A stretch of 64,000 nucleotides of DNA from Euprymna scolopes (lineage: Eukaryota): assembly GCA_053919585.1 (NCBI GenBank), contig CM132798.1; one strand, 5' to 3'. The translations under genes and the position numbers were made by a program. The notes beneath the pieces were generated by a model, which made no database searches, was not told the origin of the DNA, and saw only the letters and a program-made list of their open reading frames with translations. Each line of letters opens with the position of its first letter. Position 1 is the first letter of the stretch. Shown piece after piece: positions 1 through 13,927 of the stretch.

Positions 1-914
1 TGTCAACTGATGACAGGAAAATAATTTAGTAGTCATTTACTTACAATCAATATTCCTTTTAAAAGACGATATCTAAACAAACATTATCTGATAAGAAGAA
101 TAATATAGAATAGTTCCTTATCAGTATAATTATTTGGTAAGAAACACAATAATTTGTTTTTCTTTTTTATTCTTACGCCATTGAATTCTTCCGATTATAG
201 CAGATTAATCGAGTAATTTTGATTCTTTCGACGACTGTTCTCCTCTTGTTATTTACACATGACACTCTAGATAAAAAAAAACTAGACAGAAGACTCAAAA
301 GTACTCGAATATTTCGTTCATTGATACAAACAACTGATTACTACATAGTCAACAATGATGATTTAATGTAAGCAATTTAATGGATAGAATTGCCGCTGGT
401 TCCTCTTTCGCATTACCCAACAATTTCTCATGGTATTTGAATTCAGGTCATATTCTTGGTACAAAAATAATAGTGTCTTCTATTCTGGGCAATAATTCGA
501 TTATGCGTCCACGTTTGTTGAGCGCTGACTAATATCACGCAAAAAGATAAATTATTTTCCTTAAAGTTCATCTCAAAATTAATGATTGAAAAACAATGTC
601 GAAATACTGAGAAGTGACTGCATCAATCCATGTTTTCAAGAATTTTATCCAGACAACATCGGTTGTAAAATGGAAACACAAAATATTACACCATCGAACA
701 AAATATACTAATTTTTTAATCAATAAGTTCACACCGTTTGTACAGGAGCGCATATCAAAATGCAATGAATGGTTTCGGAATTAACATTCTGCAACTTATT
801 GCGAGTTAATAGTTACGCATGTTGAAATTTCAGAAGATATCGATAGGAAAATTATATTATTCAAAAGTTTATTGATCAGATTTGTATACTTTTAACCAAC
901 ATTATTTCAAATAT

Positions 915-1060
915 NNNNNNNNNNNNNNNNNNNNNNNNNNNNNNNNNNNNNNNNNNNNNNNNNNNNNNNNNNNNNNNNNNNNNNNNNNNNNNNNNNNNNN
1001 NNNNNNNNNNNNNNNNNNNNNNNNNNNNNNNNNNNNNNNNNNNNNNNNNNNNNNNNNNNN
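915..1060. other. Assembly gap (N run); others at ~35531-35671, 36417-36578, 47295-47461, 55974-56111, 58171-58351, 63415-63580
   Basis: Runs of n in the sequence. Confidence 0.99.
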
Positions 1061-1176
1061 CGTCAAAAAAAGAGAAAATGAAAGTTGAAAAATTTTATAG
1101 TAATATATGCAGATATATAACTTTATATAATAAAGGTATACATCAATTAAGGGTGTTGGGTAAATAAGACCTCTTT

Positions 1177-1218
1177 AGATCAATGCGTTTCAAAGTCTAC
1201 TGCTTCTCATCAGATATA
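1177..1218 (-). ncRNA. Degenerate minimal hammerhead ribozyme motif (Penelope pLTR-type)
   Basis: Minus strand CTGATGA-gaag(cagtaga)cttt-GAAA-cgca-tt; stem I poorly preserved. Confidence 0.35.
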
Positions 1219-1464
1219 TCCACACAAGAAAAAGTCCGGGTCAGTCGATACTGGCTAACGAATAGTACAAATATGTGAGGTTGAAAATATACAACATTTA
1301 AAAGATATTATTCCTCATGAATTAAGATTATTTGAATATTGCTTTTTTGTTGTTTCATGTCTGAATGCCTTAGTCAGAGTGTACTAAAAGTATAGAAAGA
1401 TATTCTGAAGGATAAAGGATTTATTTAACTCCAAAACCTTCTCTTCACATTTGGACACCCTGTT

Positions 1465-1532
<68 letters not shown>
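1465..1532. repeat. (TA)n microsatellite; similar tracts at ~2710-2784, 3471-3503, 5070-5120, 39229-39267, 39449-39497, 46338-46410, 61755-61812 and elsewhere
   Basis: Directly visible dinucleotide runs. Confidence 0.98.
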
Positions 1533-1534
<2 letters not shown>

Positions 1535-2706
1535 CAAGTTAGCAGTGTACATAATGTTCGTAGACTACTTTCTCTAACAAAAATATTTTTTTATTGATAA
1601 AGGAGCTGCTGTACCTGGATAACTGTGATATTGCAAACTTAGATGAATTGCAATGCATAATTAAGAGGTTGTCGCCACAGGTACTTCATCCACTTTAAAG
1701 ATCCACATAAAAAGGCAGTCGCCATGTATGATCCATCACATGGAAAATCCTATATTTGGCCCAATTATCTTCGTTGACGTCAATAAATTAGATGTAGTTT
1801 AGTATTTTGTATACGCAGACAATACCCTCTATGAAGAATGCAGCCTTTGCAGCAAACTCTTCGCCAGCATTGATTTATTGGGTATTTTCAGCACTTGAAT
1901 AATATATGCAGTCCCAGCATGGCGTCAAGTTATATACAAAAATCATTTTTCTAAAGTATGTTTTTGCCGACCCTGCAAATAAAACGTGAACACAATAAAC
2001 ATAAACCGACCTTCTTGTGGTCTACAATCACCTGTTTTTGTGACATATATATCACACCAAGTAGCAGTCATGTCCCGCATATAGAAGTATTAGAGAAAGG
2101 CATGCATACTAAGCATTTAGTCGACGGTAATAAAAAGTTGTCACCAATGGGCTGGCCACAATTTGTGTATAGATGATGGTCGTCTGCCAAGACAATCATG
2201 TTATGGCGTAATGTGGGGAGGAAACAGAAGTGCATCAACACATAAGAAGAAATTTAAGGAACCAATAAAGTCTTATGTTAAAGAAACAATAACTTTAGAT
2301 AAAGGTATAACAAGAAATAGCTTTTCGTAGAGGTAAGTGGTGGAATGCGATTCACGAAAGCGAAGAATACTTTCAGAAGTGTCGTACACAGTACAGCGCT
2401 TACAAATGATTGATTCGCAAATGCGATCAGAGTCCACCAACGGGTTCAAAGAGTCACAACATTAACGGTAAAATATATTGAAAATTATGCCTATCTCTCG
2501 ATGGCTTCAAAGTCGTATGCATTAATGTCCAAAACCTGTATAGCACCCTAAATAATTGTACTACATGTAAAACGGATCGAGTGGTCTAATTCTGTGGCAA
2601 AATATGTCGCAGTTTGACTGGCATGAAAAGCCATTCCCGAACATATGAAAGGGGATTGGGGGGACGGAGGACATCAAATAAAGAAGGCGGTCGCTATCGT
2701 AATATC

Positions 2707-2790
<84 letters not shown>

Positions 2791-3468
2791 TGCATTTGCT
2801 TACCCCATATAAGGCAGAAGATAACTTTTTTGTTTCTTACACATGATAACTCCTTCCCATTTATTACAGCGAAGGGCATTATAGTGAACGTAAAAATTGA
2901 AATTTTTTAATAAAATCGTGTCTGATAATGCTCAGGAAATTTTAAGGTGTAGTAAGAGAACCATATAATATTAATATCGGTCAATTACACGTCCTTTTAA
3001 GAGTAAAGATCCTAGTTTTAGTAAAATTTCTGCCCGGGAAAATTCAAGGCAAAAAACTAGTATTTAATGCTATTGTTGAATCTTGACTAGAGATTATTAC
3101 ATTGTAATCGAATAAAATTATTATTATATGTTCAAGCGATTCTATGGGAATGTTTGCTTTAGTTGAGAATAATAAAAAGGTTAAACGTCTGCTTATAAAT
3201 GTAACTATGTGAAGATAGCCAATTTACAAGTGTAATTATATACAACGTGTAAAATCTTCAGACGAACCTTATAGAAAAATACCTATTTAAAACTGATTAT
3301 TTGAAATGGGTTAAACCATTCTATGCATGTACTGATGATTATTAATTCTGAATGTAAAGACATAACTACATGCAAAAACATAATCATAATCGAGTGTGTT
3401 GTATGTACCTGCGCGATTAGCGATCAATAAGTAGGATATATGTGAGCTTCATATATAGACGAAGTAAT

Positions 3469-3518
<50 letters not shown>

Positions 3519-3563
3519 GTTTAACCTCTTAATATAATGTTTCTCGGTATATTAAATGGGAAG

Positions 3564-3622
3564 GGGTTCTCATATGCAAGAAACGCAAAAGTAATGTATA
3601 TATATATATATATATACATATA

Positions 3623-3654
<32 letters not shown>

Positions 3655-3687
3655 CATTACTTTTGCTATCTTGCATATGAGAAACCC
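3564..3687. repeat. ~37-bp imperfect inverted repeat with a (TA)n spacer
   Basis: gggttctcatatgcaagaaacgcaaaagtaatgtata ... tatacattacttttgctatcttgcatatgagaaaccc. Confidence 0.9.
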
Positions 3688-3979
3688 TACGTATCAAATT
3701 GATTACGGGTTTACATTGTACAATATTTAAGGAGCAAGTGAATAAAAAATCCCTGAAACTTGGAGGAAGTGCTTACAATACTAATCAGCTACTCCAGTCA
3801 GAAAATAAAGTATTTAAAGCAGTGTAAGCGAAACTATGGCAAAAGCTAGTAATATCTATTGATTTCAGTGTGTCAAGTTATTCACGAGGTTAAGAAAAAA
3901 ACATAATATATCCATAACTTGTTTATTGAAATAATTTTCAAATATTAAATGAACTAGGAAAATGCTTAGAACATAATAA

Positions 3980-5021
3980 CTACATAGAACTATCTACGTT
4001 GATATAATTAGTAGAGGATATGCGATCCTTTTTATGAATGACTTGTAAAAGACATTGATTCACGGAATTAGTCAAATTTGTTATTTCGTCAACAGTTTTT
4101 CCTCGCGATACCTCTTGTAGAGCATCCCACAACTCGTCTTTGCTCTTAAATTGGCGTCCATTTACACAGACGCGTCGCCTCATGATACTCCAAATGTTCT
4201 CAATTGGGTTCAAATCTGGTGAATTCGCAGGCCCCACCATCTTCCGTAGCCCAGAGAACCCAAGTTGTTGTAAATACTCTTTGCTTTTGTTTGCTGCATG
4301 CAAGGGAGCATTATCCTGCATAAAAATAACGGTTCTTCTGAACATCAGCATTTGCTTCTTCAGCCATGGTACAAAGTGGTCCTTCAGAAAAGCTATGTAA
4401 GCATTTGCCGTCATTTTTACGCCTTCTGGCTCTCTCCATAGGCCAACTAAATTACCTCCGATATTCCCAGTACAAATCATTATACCACCACCACCTTGTT
4501 GGCGCCTTAAACGCTGATGAAGATGTCGTCCATCTAGGACCGATCTCTTGCTCCAGCCATCTTGACCATCAACAGTGACACGCACTTCATCCCTGAACAA
4601 AACTTTGGAAAAATCCGTTTTCATGTAGTGATCTGCCCATTTCAATCGGTTTTGTATGTGATGTTGCTTAAATAGAGGCTTTGTCACAGGCTTAAGAGAA
4701 AATTTGTCACTTCTTTCAGAAGGCAACATCGAGTACTTTTTGAGACATTCTTCAATCCGGCTTGGTCAAAGATTTCTCGACTATTCTGCCGATGGGTCTT
4801 AACAACTTCATGCTTAATTTGGAGTAGAGAACATCGTGAAACAACTCTAATTTTACTTTTATCAGCTCTGTTACATACCTCTGTAGGGTCCTTGACAAAG
4901 TTCTTCAAAGTGTTATGGTACCGCCCTATCATTTTAATATTTCGAGGGTAGTTTTACTTTTTGCTAGCTGTTCTGTTATAGTACTCTTTTCAGAACTACT
5001 GAAGCTACCTTTACGACCCAT
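3980..5021 (-). mobile_element. Tc1/mariner-superfamily transposase pseudogene, DD37E (TRT-like), frameshifted
   Basis: Starts MGRKGS at 5021 and continues through ORFs 4684-4932 and 3980-4729. Motifs FRDE, RRQQGGGGIM, QDNAPLH and PANSPDLNPIENIW; 37 residues between the second D and E. Confidence 0.9.
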
Positions 5022-5074
5022 TTTATTGACGAAACAATGTTTACTGTTTTATGGGAAAGAATTACAACAATATA

Positions 5075-5123
<49 letters not shown>

Positions 5124-5619
5124 TTGATAGACGAAGATAACCCTATCCACAATGCTATTTCAAAACAAAGTTTAAAAAATGACATGAGAGATCAAGGGAA
5201 GTTCAATTCAATAAAAAACTAAACAAGCATGATTGTATTTAACAAGTACATGCTAGGGGTATATATTTACAAAGAAAAGGATACAGCGTTTCAGGATATG
5301 TGTGCAAGGTTGTATGTACTACATTTTATTAAAGAAGTAATACAAGTCTATAGTTTCTGATCGGCAAAGCTGGTTCTCCCCGGACTCAATCAAAATTTGT
5401 AAAAAGTAATTTTTGAGAATTCTCGCTTTGTTTGTTCTTTTTTTTGCACTAGAATAAAACTGTAGATGTTGAGTAAGATCGCGTTTGTCATTTAAACATT
5501 GTAATCGAAGGGACTAAAGGATAATATTATCTAGTAGGTTGTAGTAGGAAAAACACCGTTGTATTAGAACATCAATTCCATGGTGCCAAATATCACATGC
5601 CATTCTTGATATAATCGAT

Positions 5620-6222
5620 ATGTATCTATAAAAGTAAGATTGGGTTTGTTAGAACACGTTTTGGCCTATATATTCCAGCAATGCTTGGTCTACGAACTTT
5701 ATATTTGATATAGAGCGTATTCAGGCATGTGGAAAAACTTTTAATTGGTTTTCATCCGGAATAATACTCTGCTGAGAGATCAAAATTTAAAAATTAGTAC
5801 ATTGGCGTCATCGGATTTTATTTCGTTTCTAACTGTTTCACGACTGTGTATGCGCGGTCATGAAACATAACAACTACATTATGTTAAGTATAAATAGTTT
5901 TAAAAATACTTTTTAAGATCATATCAAGCTGGTCTAATTGTTACCGTATTTAACTAATTGTGTTCAGGTGTGGTATCGTCACAGATCGTGTTTTTTTTCC
6001 TTACAAGTCGTGAACTGTTCAGAAATTAAAAAAAAACTCGCAAGCACATGGCTTAGTTTTCCTCAGTTTTCTACTGCATTATTTGTTTAAGAAATTAACA
6101 GTTTCGTTTAATACCTACCGTTTTTTTTTCTGTTCGTAATAAATAAGAATTCTGCATTAATTAAAATATAATATTTATGCGTATTTTACGACCCGACAAC
6201 GCCGGGCGACCTTCTATTTAGT
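5620..6222 (+). mobile_element. Non-autonomous Helitron-like repeat (decayed)
   Basis: 5' tctataaaa-like start; 3' hairpin cccgacaacgccggg followed by a degenerate CTAG end; boundaries approximate. Confidence 0.35.
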
Positions 6223-7339
6223 TATAAATAAGCTGAATATAATATGCTTGTTTTTGCAAGTAGCTTTTGACTAGAAAAGGAAAGATATTTTTTTCTTCGC
6301 AGATCAAATGCGATACTTAAAGCGTCTCGAGTCCGATTTGATGAGAACATAAATATATTGTCCTGTTTAATTGCCGAGTAAAAAGGTGTCATCGTTGAAA
6401 GTTACAAAATAAAGTCGAAGGTAAACCGTGGCAACATTTATGTACACGTTTTGTTTTATCCGTATCCTGATGAATTGTTCGACCACCCGACAGGCAAACT
6501 TCTTATTGGGATTCGATCATGTATTTATGTACTAAAAATCTTGAACGAGGGTAGCTAAATTTTAATAAATATAACAAAAACTGTTTCAAATCAAACGCCG
6601 GTGGATTTAGACAGAGGATGCCCTCGTAAAATTTCACATCTAAAACTAGAAAAACACCATGCAATTATAAATTCGATAATAATGATCATTTTAACGGCAG
6701 AAGTTTTAATGTAAAACAGAGGATCAAATTAAAATAAATCAGTAGTTGGATAGAGGAGTCAGAATTTATTAGTGTTAACGTCTGCGCGTCTGTTGCATTT
6801 AATCAAAAATTAATTCAGTGTGATTGGTATCGATTTATAATTGATTTTTCGTTTGGCTATAATCGATATGGCTTTAATTGCAATTTATAGCATTTGAGTG
6901 GCGATCAATGCTATTAGAAATCACTCAAAGGTCTTTGATCACGAAGATCGATAGAAAGAGAATTTCAGATTTTCAAATGAATGATGCGATGGTTGATTGG
7001 GTGAGTTGTGTAATGAGCGTGTTTGGGTGTAAGAAGATCGATAGATTAGCAGAATGTTAGCAAGGACGTAGCAATACGAATTTTATTTGTAAGATTGAGG
7101 AATCGGGTGAACTAATTGATTGATACACGAGAGAAGAAAAGGGCAAATAGAGAGACAAGGAGACTCATGGAGTGGCACCATAGCAAACGAACAACAGTTC
7201 CACGTTTGTATAGAAGAATAAGAGTAGACTGTGGAAGAAAATAATAAATCAGCAACGGATGGAAACCATAAATCAAAATATGGAAGAAAATATCACCATA
7301 AAAAATTGATATTAAAAGAAAATGTCTATGTGAGTAAAA

Positions 7340-7650
7340 ACAACCCGTCTAGCTGAATCCACTGTGAAAAATTTTCCCCACTCTATATCTGTGCCTAAAC
7401 CAAACGCGGACTCCATGAACAAAGCTTCTAACTTTGAACTGCACGCCTGTGGAACTCTGTTCCGTCTGTCTGCTTCCCACCGGACTACAACTTGGATGTC
7501 TTCAAGTCAAACGTTAACAAATTCCTAATGAACTGCCCCCTTAAGTAAACACTTCATCAAATCTCCACACTAACGTAATGTACTTGCAAGAACCCTTATC
7601 CCTGAGTGGCTTCCGGGCCTTGATAAGTGGTGATCACTGTGTAAAAAAAA
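7340..7650 (+). mobile_element. 3' fragment of CR1-group LINE (family A) with A-tail
   Basis: Near-identical to 23250-23559 (ccttatccctgagtgg...ccttgataagtggtga.cactgtgtaaaaaaaa). Confidence 0.9.
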
Positions 7651-7781
7651 GAATATATTCTTCTGAAGGAGTAGTTAAGTAATACAGAGCAGCCTATCAT
7701 CATTAATGGGACAACTCGAACCTTTTGTAAGCGTGTACTTGATTTATTGCAATGTAATAACTGGATGTATACCGCTGTGTT

Positions 7782-7816
<35 letters not shown>

Positions 7817-10800
7817 TATGATCTCTTAAGCTAAGCTTTATTGCCACCTTATTTCGAGGGCAATCCAAAGTCTCCCCTTTTCTTCAGCTGTTACAAAGTA
7901 GTGTAGGGGAGAGTGTCATTCTAGTCAAATAAGTACACAATATTGTCTCTTTAAAATAGCTGCTGTGTTACAAGAGGGATTACTGCTATTATTCAGGTAT
8001 TTGATATTACTAGATTTTCCGTCTATTAGAGAACACTTTACTCTTTTACCATTAAAATACTGCTATGTTGTAAAACTTTTTTAAAAACGCGTAAACGTGT
8101 TTATGCATTAAGTCTTCCCTGTAAGTAATTTTCCATAGATATTGATATTCAAAAGCCACGGTATATGCAAGACTTGTTTACTGTGTCGCGCTGTTCTGAT
8201 TGCCCAGAGCTTCTCGGGACACAAATAGATGATAACAATATTTTGTGTCATGAGACAATAGTGTTTTACATTTACTCTTGTTTACTGCTGTGTCTGCTGT
8301 GGCTATACAGTTGAGCTAGAGTTATCTGCCCAGATGCAAGACTGGGCGGGTGATAAGGAGGCCAAGGTTTGCCTTTGCAAACAAAGTCCGACGAAAAATT
8401 AAGGCAATACGGTTGGAATTAACGCAGCTGCAGCAGTTGTTGAAAAGGTATTGTAATGTTTACTATCCACCTAGGAGGACTCTGAGTTAAATATTTTCGG
8501 GTTTACTCACTTGGTCCCTCTCTTTTATAAGAACTCCCTAAGGCATTTGAGCCACCAAGATGTAAGGCATACAAAACTTCGAAATTAGCAAAACAATTTA
8601 CTGTTGCCGAGTTTATTCTGTAATTAACCTAGCTCTGATTTATATATGAACTTGAAAACATTCAAATATATTATAAAAATAGTAAATGAAGTGACAAAAC
8701 AAGTCACATTAAAAATGTAATACGGAGCCGCTTTCATCACAGAGTATAACACAGCATAATATCCAAGTATATATAATTAAATTAATAAACTCCTCGATTA
8801 TTAGCAATTAGAAATGAGCTAACATATTGATTGTGATATAACACTTGCTAAGAAATGTATTTAAAGACAGTTGCTTCTTGGAGCACGTAATTAGTTGAGG
8901 CCTGTTGTTAACCGAAGGACTTGGAAAAATATAAGAAACTCCTAAGTAATTAGCAAATATATGCTGCTTGGCCGTAAATTATGATCTGCAGAACTAAACA
9001 AGTTTATGTTTAAAATATATAATTTGGACCATACTCTTCTATTTTCCATAGCCATTGCACAAATTTTCAACCTTAATATAAATTGTGTAAATACTAGCAC
9101 TGATATGAGCCATGATTAAGGAAAATATTCAACAATATTAAATCCTTGAGTCAGATAGTTGGTGAAGTGTATTGAAATAAAATACCCAGCTTGAGATTAG
9201 ACAACTATTCATCAAGTATACGTATGTACACCTTTTCTTACTCGCCTTTACATAGCCTCCTACACATTACAATACTGATAATAATTTTATTTAAATACAT
9301 ATGTTAATGTGTCTACTTGATTAACAGTATTGTTATAATATTCACCATTTTTAATATTCTGTTTCTAGATGTTTTAAATGTGGATCGATCTGTTTTATTT
9401 GATAAACTCATAATCTTATTTGGATTACCCATTTCAATACGTCATCAGCTATCGACAAGTTATTTTGTCAACTTTGAAAATCTATATTTTGAACTCATAA
9501 ACCACAAGGAAATCTGGAGGTGAACCCTTAATAAATAAAGTAGATTGTTCTCAATTAATAAGTCATCACGTGGTTAACGGGTTAAGGATTATATATTTAT
9601 TTATTATCGACTGTAGTAATGATTGGCATATACTCTCAAGAATAATACGACTTAACCATTGCAGGTTTATCTCACACATCGTTGGGAAAATAACAGCCGC
9701 TACGATAATAGCTATAATACTTATTCGGTTTGTTTGTATTATTCCACATATTCAAACTAGTATTCTGCTTTCAATTAGTATTAATAAAACATAATTTAGA
9801 TATTGACAGATAATGAAATGAACGGTCAACATGTATTCAGCACCATATATCTACTTTTAATTATGCATTAAATAATAAATTATATATCAATTCCATGAGG
9901 AGTATCACATAGTTTCCAAAAAGTGTATGTGAAATATGTGAAATACAGCATTTTGATAATTGTGTTATTTTGATATTTCAGAGTTTATTTTCTATTTTAT
10001 ACGTCAGTTGTTTACCTTATACAATATACTTCTAAGAAAGTGCAATGTAATGATCTGACTAATTCCTTTCGAGCATTTACTATTATACAAAACGCATATC
10101 GCAAAAAAATAGAAATATTTTAAAAAATCATGTGATGAATAGTGTTTCCTGAAACTGATTCAGTGATATCTTTTTAAGTTAACAGGAAGTATGAGAAAAG
10201 GGGCACTATAGGAAACAGTTAATATTTAAAGGATTTAGTTAATTCTAAGTAAAAACTAAAAAGATGCGTGTACCTGTTTTTCGTCAAGGAAAGTTAGACC
10301 AGCTTAAAGTTAAAATATACTAAGAATATGCAACACTAGCTTGATGCAAAAATAATTTAGCCCTTTCTGTCGGTATGTAGACAAGTGTGATAATGGTTCT
10401 TCTTCACTATGTGGGTAATAAGTGAATCAACTCCTTCCTAAAGTTTCATTTCTTGATGATTTTTGCTCATAAGTAGAGGATACTAATTAGATTTCTAATC
10501 ATTCACGCATTTATATTTTATTGCTAGTAAAAAGCGAACAGGATTTTTCAAAATAGTCGGAAACACAAGAAACTCGAGTAATTTACACACGATTATATGT
10601 CAGTAAAAAAAGAAAAGTTCAAACTGAAGTGTTATACAACGTGGTAGATATAGGACAAAATATTAAACCATCTAGCGAATAAATGCATTTCCGTTCATAT
10701 TGCTTCGATGTATGATTAATTTAAGTATCTGTCAGTCTACTGATGTCGTTTCCCAAGGCATTAGTTATTCGTCTAGGGAAGATGGTTTTCTTACTGGTTG

Positions 10801-11351
10801 TCTAAGTTGCGATCCTTTGGGAAATCTGACTAAACAGGCATTGGTGTTCTAGAATAGAATGGTCTGTGGTATCTGAATGTGTCCCATTAAAAAATTATTT
10901 AAAAACTTACACTGTGCTAGTGGTGATACCAGTTAATGGAGAGATGCTAAGTTTTCGCATTCGTAGTTTAAAGCGAAACCCGATATATTCTCTCCTCGTT
11001 TGCTAAATGCTTCCAAACCTTCTATTCCTTTTTTCTCTACGTATTACATATTTATTTTAGTCTATCCTCTTTTAATGTTGCTTCTCTCTCTCACAGTGTC
11101 AAATCATTTCTCTTTTTAACATTTCGTTCACCAGTTAAAGATAAAAAATTATGCAATTTTCCAACTGATGACCAACTTCACAAAACCGTCCGCCTTTATG
11201 ACTAACTGAAACTTCTGTTCTTTCAATCTTGTGACGCTGGGACGCTGGGAAAGATCAGGCGTGCTACAGTCACTTGCAATATAATTGATTCATTTAGGGT
11301 AAAAAGGTTATATAAGAGTATGTCCTTGTATTGTTTTATGTATAAATGTAC

Positions 11352-11820
11352 ACTAGCGGGGGAGGGCGACTTTGCCCCGGGCGTAAAATACGTTTAAATA
11401 TTATATTTTAAATTTTCCAGATTTCGTATATATTATTGTAGAGTTTTGATTTCAAAAGTAAAAACAAGTGTTTAGAAGCCGTCAGCTAGAATCGAAACAG
11501 AAAACAAAACTGAAGCATTCAAAACTGATGACGTTACCACTGTTTGAAAGTGGCAAACATATGACGTGATTAAAAATTAAAAATCAAATATAAACTAAGA
11601 TGAATGTACATAATGTATAAGCCTTTTATAAATTGTTTACCCATTTTGACCTCGATAAACCTATTTTAACTGGCAATTTTGGGAAAAAAACGGCTTGTAA
11701 AAAATCTTATTATTTGAGACCCTTAGCGCCTCTTAATGACTAAGTTTCGGAGGAGATTGAGTTAAAATATGGAGAAAAACAAAACAGACAGACAAACAAT
11801 AAAAACATTTATATATTACA
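11352..11820 (-). mobile_element. Non-autonomous Helitron-like repeat
   Basis: Plus strand actag + gggcgactttgccccggg (minus: hairpin then CTAG|T); (acag)n near the other end, as in other copies in this window. Confidence 0.45.
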
Positions 11821-11899
11821 TGACAGAAATTATTCGGTGTTATACAGATATTTTTGTATAGAAATTGTAATCCCATTTGCGTAATCTCCTCCGGCTGAA

Positions 11900-12510
11900 G
11901 TGCACTTGTTTTACCGTTCCAACAAACTCTGGAAGATCCCATAGAAGCCATCTTGTGTGAGCGTGTCAATGATCCTCATTATTGACTCATTCATCTGCTC
12001 AATTATCTCATAACGACAAGTATGTAAAGTTATTCTTGAACTTAAAGAATAACGAAAAGTAACAGGGAGCAAAATTTAGATTGTATAGAGAGTGAGGAAT
12101 TGTTTTGATGCTCATGGCAACGTGTTTTTTTCTGATCTTCTTTAAGCATCCTTGGGACAAAATTTGCACAAATCTTCCGCACCTCCAGTTTCTCGGGAAT
12201 AATTTTGTGTAAGTTTCTACACTGACATTACGCCGTGCAATTATTGTCTCTAAAAATACACGACAGATCTTTCCCATGAAATCCATAACAATTTAGTTAA
12301 TGAACTCTGGTTTACTGAGTTTCTTACTTCTCCCACGCCTTTCATCGTCTTCTACAGACTCCATGATCTTCATTAATATTCATGCCATTAGAAACTGATA
12401 GTCGATTTAGACAAAGCGGCTCAAAAGCAAGATGGCGCATTCCGTACATTTCTGTAGCGTTTTCTAATTTGAAACAATTTTAAAACAAATCGTTTTTCTC
12501 ATGTCCAAAT
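11900..12510 (-). mobile_element. Internally deleted mariner transposase remnant
   Basis: N-terminal HTH-like ...ATEMYGM...ESVEDDERRGR; C-terminal IPHSLYNLNFAPCYFSLFFKFK matches the mariner PHPPYSPDLAPCDFFLFPKLK motif. Confidence 0.75.
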
Positions 12511-13044
12511 TTCATTCTGTAAATTCACCGCTGTGACAATCAGGCTTTAATAGGGTATATTCTAATTACTGCTGAAACTGCCTATTTACACCTTAAATAA
12601 TGAAATTAGTCAGTTGTCTCATAAAGTGTATAGGAGTAACATACTAAATTTTCAAGAGTCCACGATAAATTAAAATGCCTATACAAAAAGTCAGGGCATT
12701 TATATCTATCAGTTATTCTTGTTAAGCACTTTACAGTAAAAATGCAAATCGATCACTTAAGCTGATGTTATAATAATTAGATCACTATCACAGATGTCTT
12801 GACATTTAAAAAATGTATAAATTTTACCAACATTGCTTGCTATGAAAGTTGATCATGTGTTTCCTTGCTAATAGAGAATGAGACGGCTTCATGGCCGGGT
12901 TCAAGTCTCCTGATCGGCAGTTATTTTGACATCCGACACTGATTATTGCCAAAAGGATGAGATATTAGTGTCTGTACGTATTCAAAAATTATTATAGTAA
13001 TAATTATATATATATATATATATACATATATATGTATATATATA

Positions 13045-13191
13045 GTAAGTTCTGAAAATGTATATGGCAATTAAGCTAAAAGAATATTTCGCGTTTCACT
13101 CGTGAGAATTCCCCAGGCTTAGGCGAAAGACTGACAAATTCTCACGAGAATAAAACGCAGAATATTGCCATATATTTTTCAAAACGAATTA
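13045..13191. repeat. Inverted pair of degenerate hammerhead-bearing repeats (Penelope-like inverted pLTR remnant)
   Basis: Arms aatatttcgcgtttcactcgtgagaatt / aattctcacgagaataaaacgcagaatatt plus outer arms ...gaaaatgtatatggcaa / ttgccatatatttttc; each arm resembles CTGANGA-stem-GAAACGCG. Confidence 0.55.
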
Positions 13192-13292
13192 CCTAGCTCT
13201 ACCTATGTATCGAGTACTGTTGAAGTAAATGCTGACAAATTTACACATAAAATCATATCTTCGCATATTAATTTTTGTGATTAAATGAAGCA

Positions 13293-13325
<33 letters not shown>

Positions 13326-13328
<3 letters not shown>

Positions 13329-13698
13329 CGGAATTAGCATACCGACGAGTAGGGGGGAGGGGAAGAAAAGACGGTTTAAGTCTTGCAACGAAATGTCGAC
13401 GTTGCTTACAGGCAGTCTTTCCTTGTAAAAGTAACAAATGGGTAACGATGATTGAATTGTAATTTGTCTAAAAGACAGCAACAACTACTACAACAACAGT
13501 AGAGCGGCCACCCCTTTTTATCTACTCCAACTCTCAGTCAACGAGATTCACGCGTTACTGGAATGTCTATTTAACGTGTAAGGAATAGGCACTCAGGTTC
13601 TTTGATTAACGGACGACCGGCCGTGTTGGTCACAGCTACCAGCACTCCTTTGTTCCCCACCGATCTACCCTCGTCAACCAATTCAAAATTCTCACACA
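13326..13698 (-). repeat. Putative 3' LTR of the BEL/Pao element
   Basis: TGT...ACA termini; minus-strand ttttttggggaa PPT-like tract immediately before TGT; lies downstream of the integrase. Confidence 0.55.
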
Positions 13699-13927
13699 TT
13701 CCCCAAAAAAGAAAAAAATATTTAAGAGAATAAAACAGTTTGTTTAGACTCCTGATAAATTGGGTCTACCAGTTACAACTCCTTGAGGGTTGCAAGTCAG
13801 ACAGAACCATTGTTCATCTTTTGGTGGTGCTTCAGTTAGACCCACACCTGACGTGAAACCAGTCATTGCATCTATCGCAGGCTATCATAGGTCTGGTATA
13901 CTCAGGTCTGTTACAGCTAGGGCAGAA

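Noticed and set aside
1580-2260. Decayed PIF1-like (Helitron) helicase on the minus strand
   Set aside because: Walker A-like reading requires assumed frameshifts; too degenerate to support.
2614-2910. Short ORFs with YIYI/CVCV/IIII runs (also 4915, 18969, 30499, 40125, 54751, 56355)
   Set aside because: Translations of microsatellites or of N gaps, not genes.
12880-12920. tRNA gene (B-box-like gggttcaagtctc)
   Set aside because: No cloverleaf or A-box; at most a SINE remnant.
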